Shown piece by piece: positions 62,606-64,000 of a stretch of DNA of 64,000 bases. The translations under genes and the position numbers were made by a program. The stretch's first letter is position 1; each line of letters starts with the position of its first letter. The notes below the pieces were generated by a model that was given only the letters and a program-made list of their open reading frames with translations, made no database searches and was not told where the DNA came from. This DNA is from Owenia fusiformis (lineage: Eukaryota), in NCBI GenBank assembly GCA_903813345.2, contig CAIIXF020000001.1:11408001-11472000 (forward strand). Reading direction: 5' to 3'.

Positions 62606-64000
62606 GGACTCGCGCCTGTTCCTCATAGGGATGGGCACCTTGAAACTAAAGTTGACAATCAAAAGTTTAAACAAGTGAAAAGTGATAGTGGCAAGGTGGC
62701 CATCCCTGCAGTTCAATCAGTCAAGGTTAATTTGCAAAGATCAGTTTCAAACATAATTATTCATACAAACATAGTTGACAATAATATCAAAGCCTTGGTA
62801 GATACTGGTGCAGAACAATCCTGTATGAGATTAGCACTCTATGAAAAATTGAACTTGCACAAGAATTGTCCTATCAGTCCAACTAATATTGAGTTATATG
62901 GGGCTGGGGGAGAAACTCACAAGCTAGAAGTACTGGGTGTGGCAAATGTTCCTCTAAAATTTGAAGAATTTGAGTACGTTCAACCAATGCATATCCTCAA
63001 AAGTGCAAATCATGATGTAATTTTAGGTGAGGACTTCTTCTCACAAAGTCAAGCACTCATAGACTTCACACAAAAAGTTGTCATTTTACAAAGGGGAGAT
63101 CCTATTAAACATAGTACATATACTACTAATGAACCAAGACTAACAGCATGTGTAAATAATGTAGCTACTGGTAGTGAAGTACAAACATCAGGTATCAATC
63201 TAGAGAAATGTAAATTACCAGAAGGGGAAAAGGCAGAATTGATAACTTTCATTGATAAAAATAAAGATGTCTTTTCTCAAAACATGAATGAGCTAGGCTG
63301 TGCAAATAGTACATATGAGCATGTTATAAGAACAAAATCAGATAAGCCAGTCCAGCAAAGATTCTATAGGTATTCTCAAGAACAGAAAAATGAAATTGAC
63401 AAACAATGTGACCAAATGTTAGAATATGGCATAATTGAACATTCTGTGTCAGAATATGCTAGCCCTGTTGTGTTAGTGAAAAAGAAGTCAAATGAGTACA
63501 GGTTAGCAATAGACTACAGAAGGCTCAATAAAAACACAGAAGCAATTCATTACCCTCTTCCACAATTAAATGACATTATAGATTGCATAGCGCATTCAAA
63601 AGCAACAATATTTTCAGTTTTGGACATGCATAGTGGGTTTTGGCAATTACCTCTTAGTGAAACCTCAAAGCATAAAACAGCATTTGTAACCCACAAGGGC
63701 AAATTTCAGTTCAACAGAATGCCTTTTGGCCTCAAAAATGCACCAATGTCATTTCAGAGGGTCATGAATGATGTTTTGAAAGGTCTTACATGGGACTTTG
63801 TGTTGGTTTACTGTGATGACATAATTGTTTTCAGTAAAGACATGAAAGAGCATTTAAACCATTTAGACCAGGTATTCACAAGACTTAGAAAAGCAAATTT
63901 GAAGCTTAAACCCTCAAAATGTAAACTAGCACTGGAAAAGGTTGTTTATTTGGGTTTTGTCTTCACCAAAGAAGGTATAACAGTAGACAATGAAAAGATC
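62606..64000 (+). CDS. pol: Gypsy pol (aspartic protease + reverse transcriptase), open to window end
   Basis: Manual translation is stop-free for 465 codons; ALVDTGA, ILGEDF, SPVVLVKK, IDYRRLN, LDMHSGFWQ, MPFGLKNAP, YCDD, YLG. Confidence 0.95.

Larger units (their letters stand above)
61141..64000 (+). mobile_element. Ty3/Gypsy LTR retrotransposon, 5' part (truncated by window end)
   Basis: LTR, PBS, gag with CCHC knuckle, protease LVDTGA, then RT (PR-RT order of Gypsy). Confidence 0.95.

Noticed and set aside
61599-63252. Minus-strand and off-frame ORFs over gag/pol (134, 80, 97, 67 aa)
   Set aside because: Shadows of the retroelement coding frames.
1-64000. tRNA, rRNA or snRNA genes; remaining 60-120 aa ORFs in the track
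   Set aside because: No recognisable structured RNA gene by eye (covariance search not run); the short ORFs look like random AT-rich intronic or intergenic frames.

Overview
AT-rich, intron-rich animal (invertebrate-type) genomic DNA, not prokaryotic. There are two divergently transcribed genes. (1) A complete minus-strand DDB2 (XPE UV-damage DNA-binding protein 2; ATG 23528, stop 11426, ~552 aa from 9 coding exon positions). (2) The first 12 coding exons (310 codons) of plus-strand ZNG1/CBWD (COG0523 zinc metallochaperone GTPase, ATG 30463); its last exons were not found in the window. An intact PHD-APE-RT non-LTR retrotransposon with a 2A-like motif sits between the two genes. A Ty3/Gypsy LTR element (LTR, PBS, gag, start of pol) runs off the right edge. 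Many MITEs, dispersed repeats and two tandem repeats fill the introns. Best finding: the DDB2 exon encoding the lesion-recognition FQH hairpin is tandemly duplicated into two 143-nt exons only 22 nt apart. One encodes canonical FQH, the other FRH. Both look conserved at protein level, suggesting mutually exclusive splicing that swaps the DNA-damage sensing wedge. Other highlights: a candidate UGA read-through signal at the Gypsy gag-pol junction, and a hAT-like MITE whose TSD exactly duplicates a DDB2 splice donor. All calls are by manual reading; no database searches were run.
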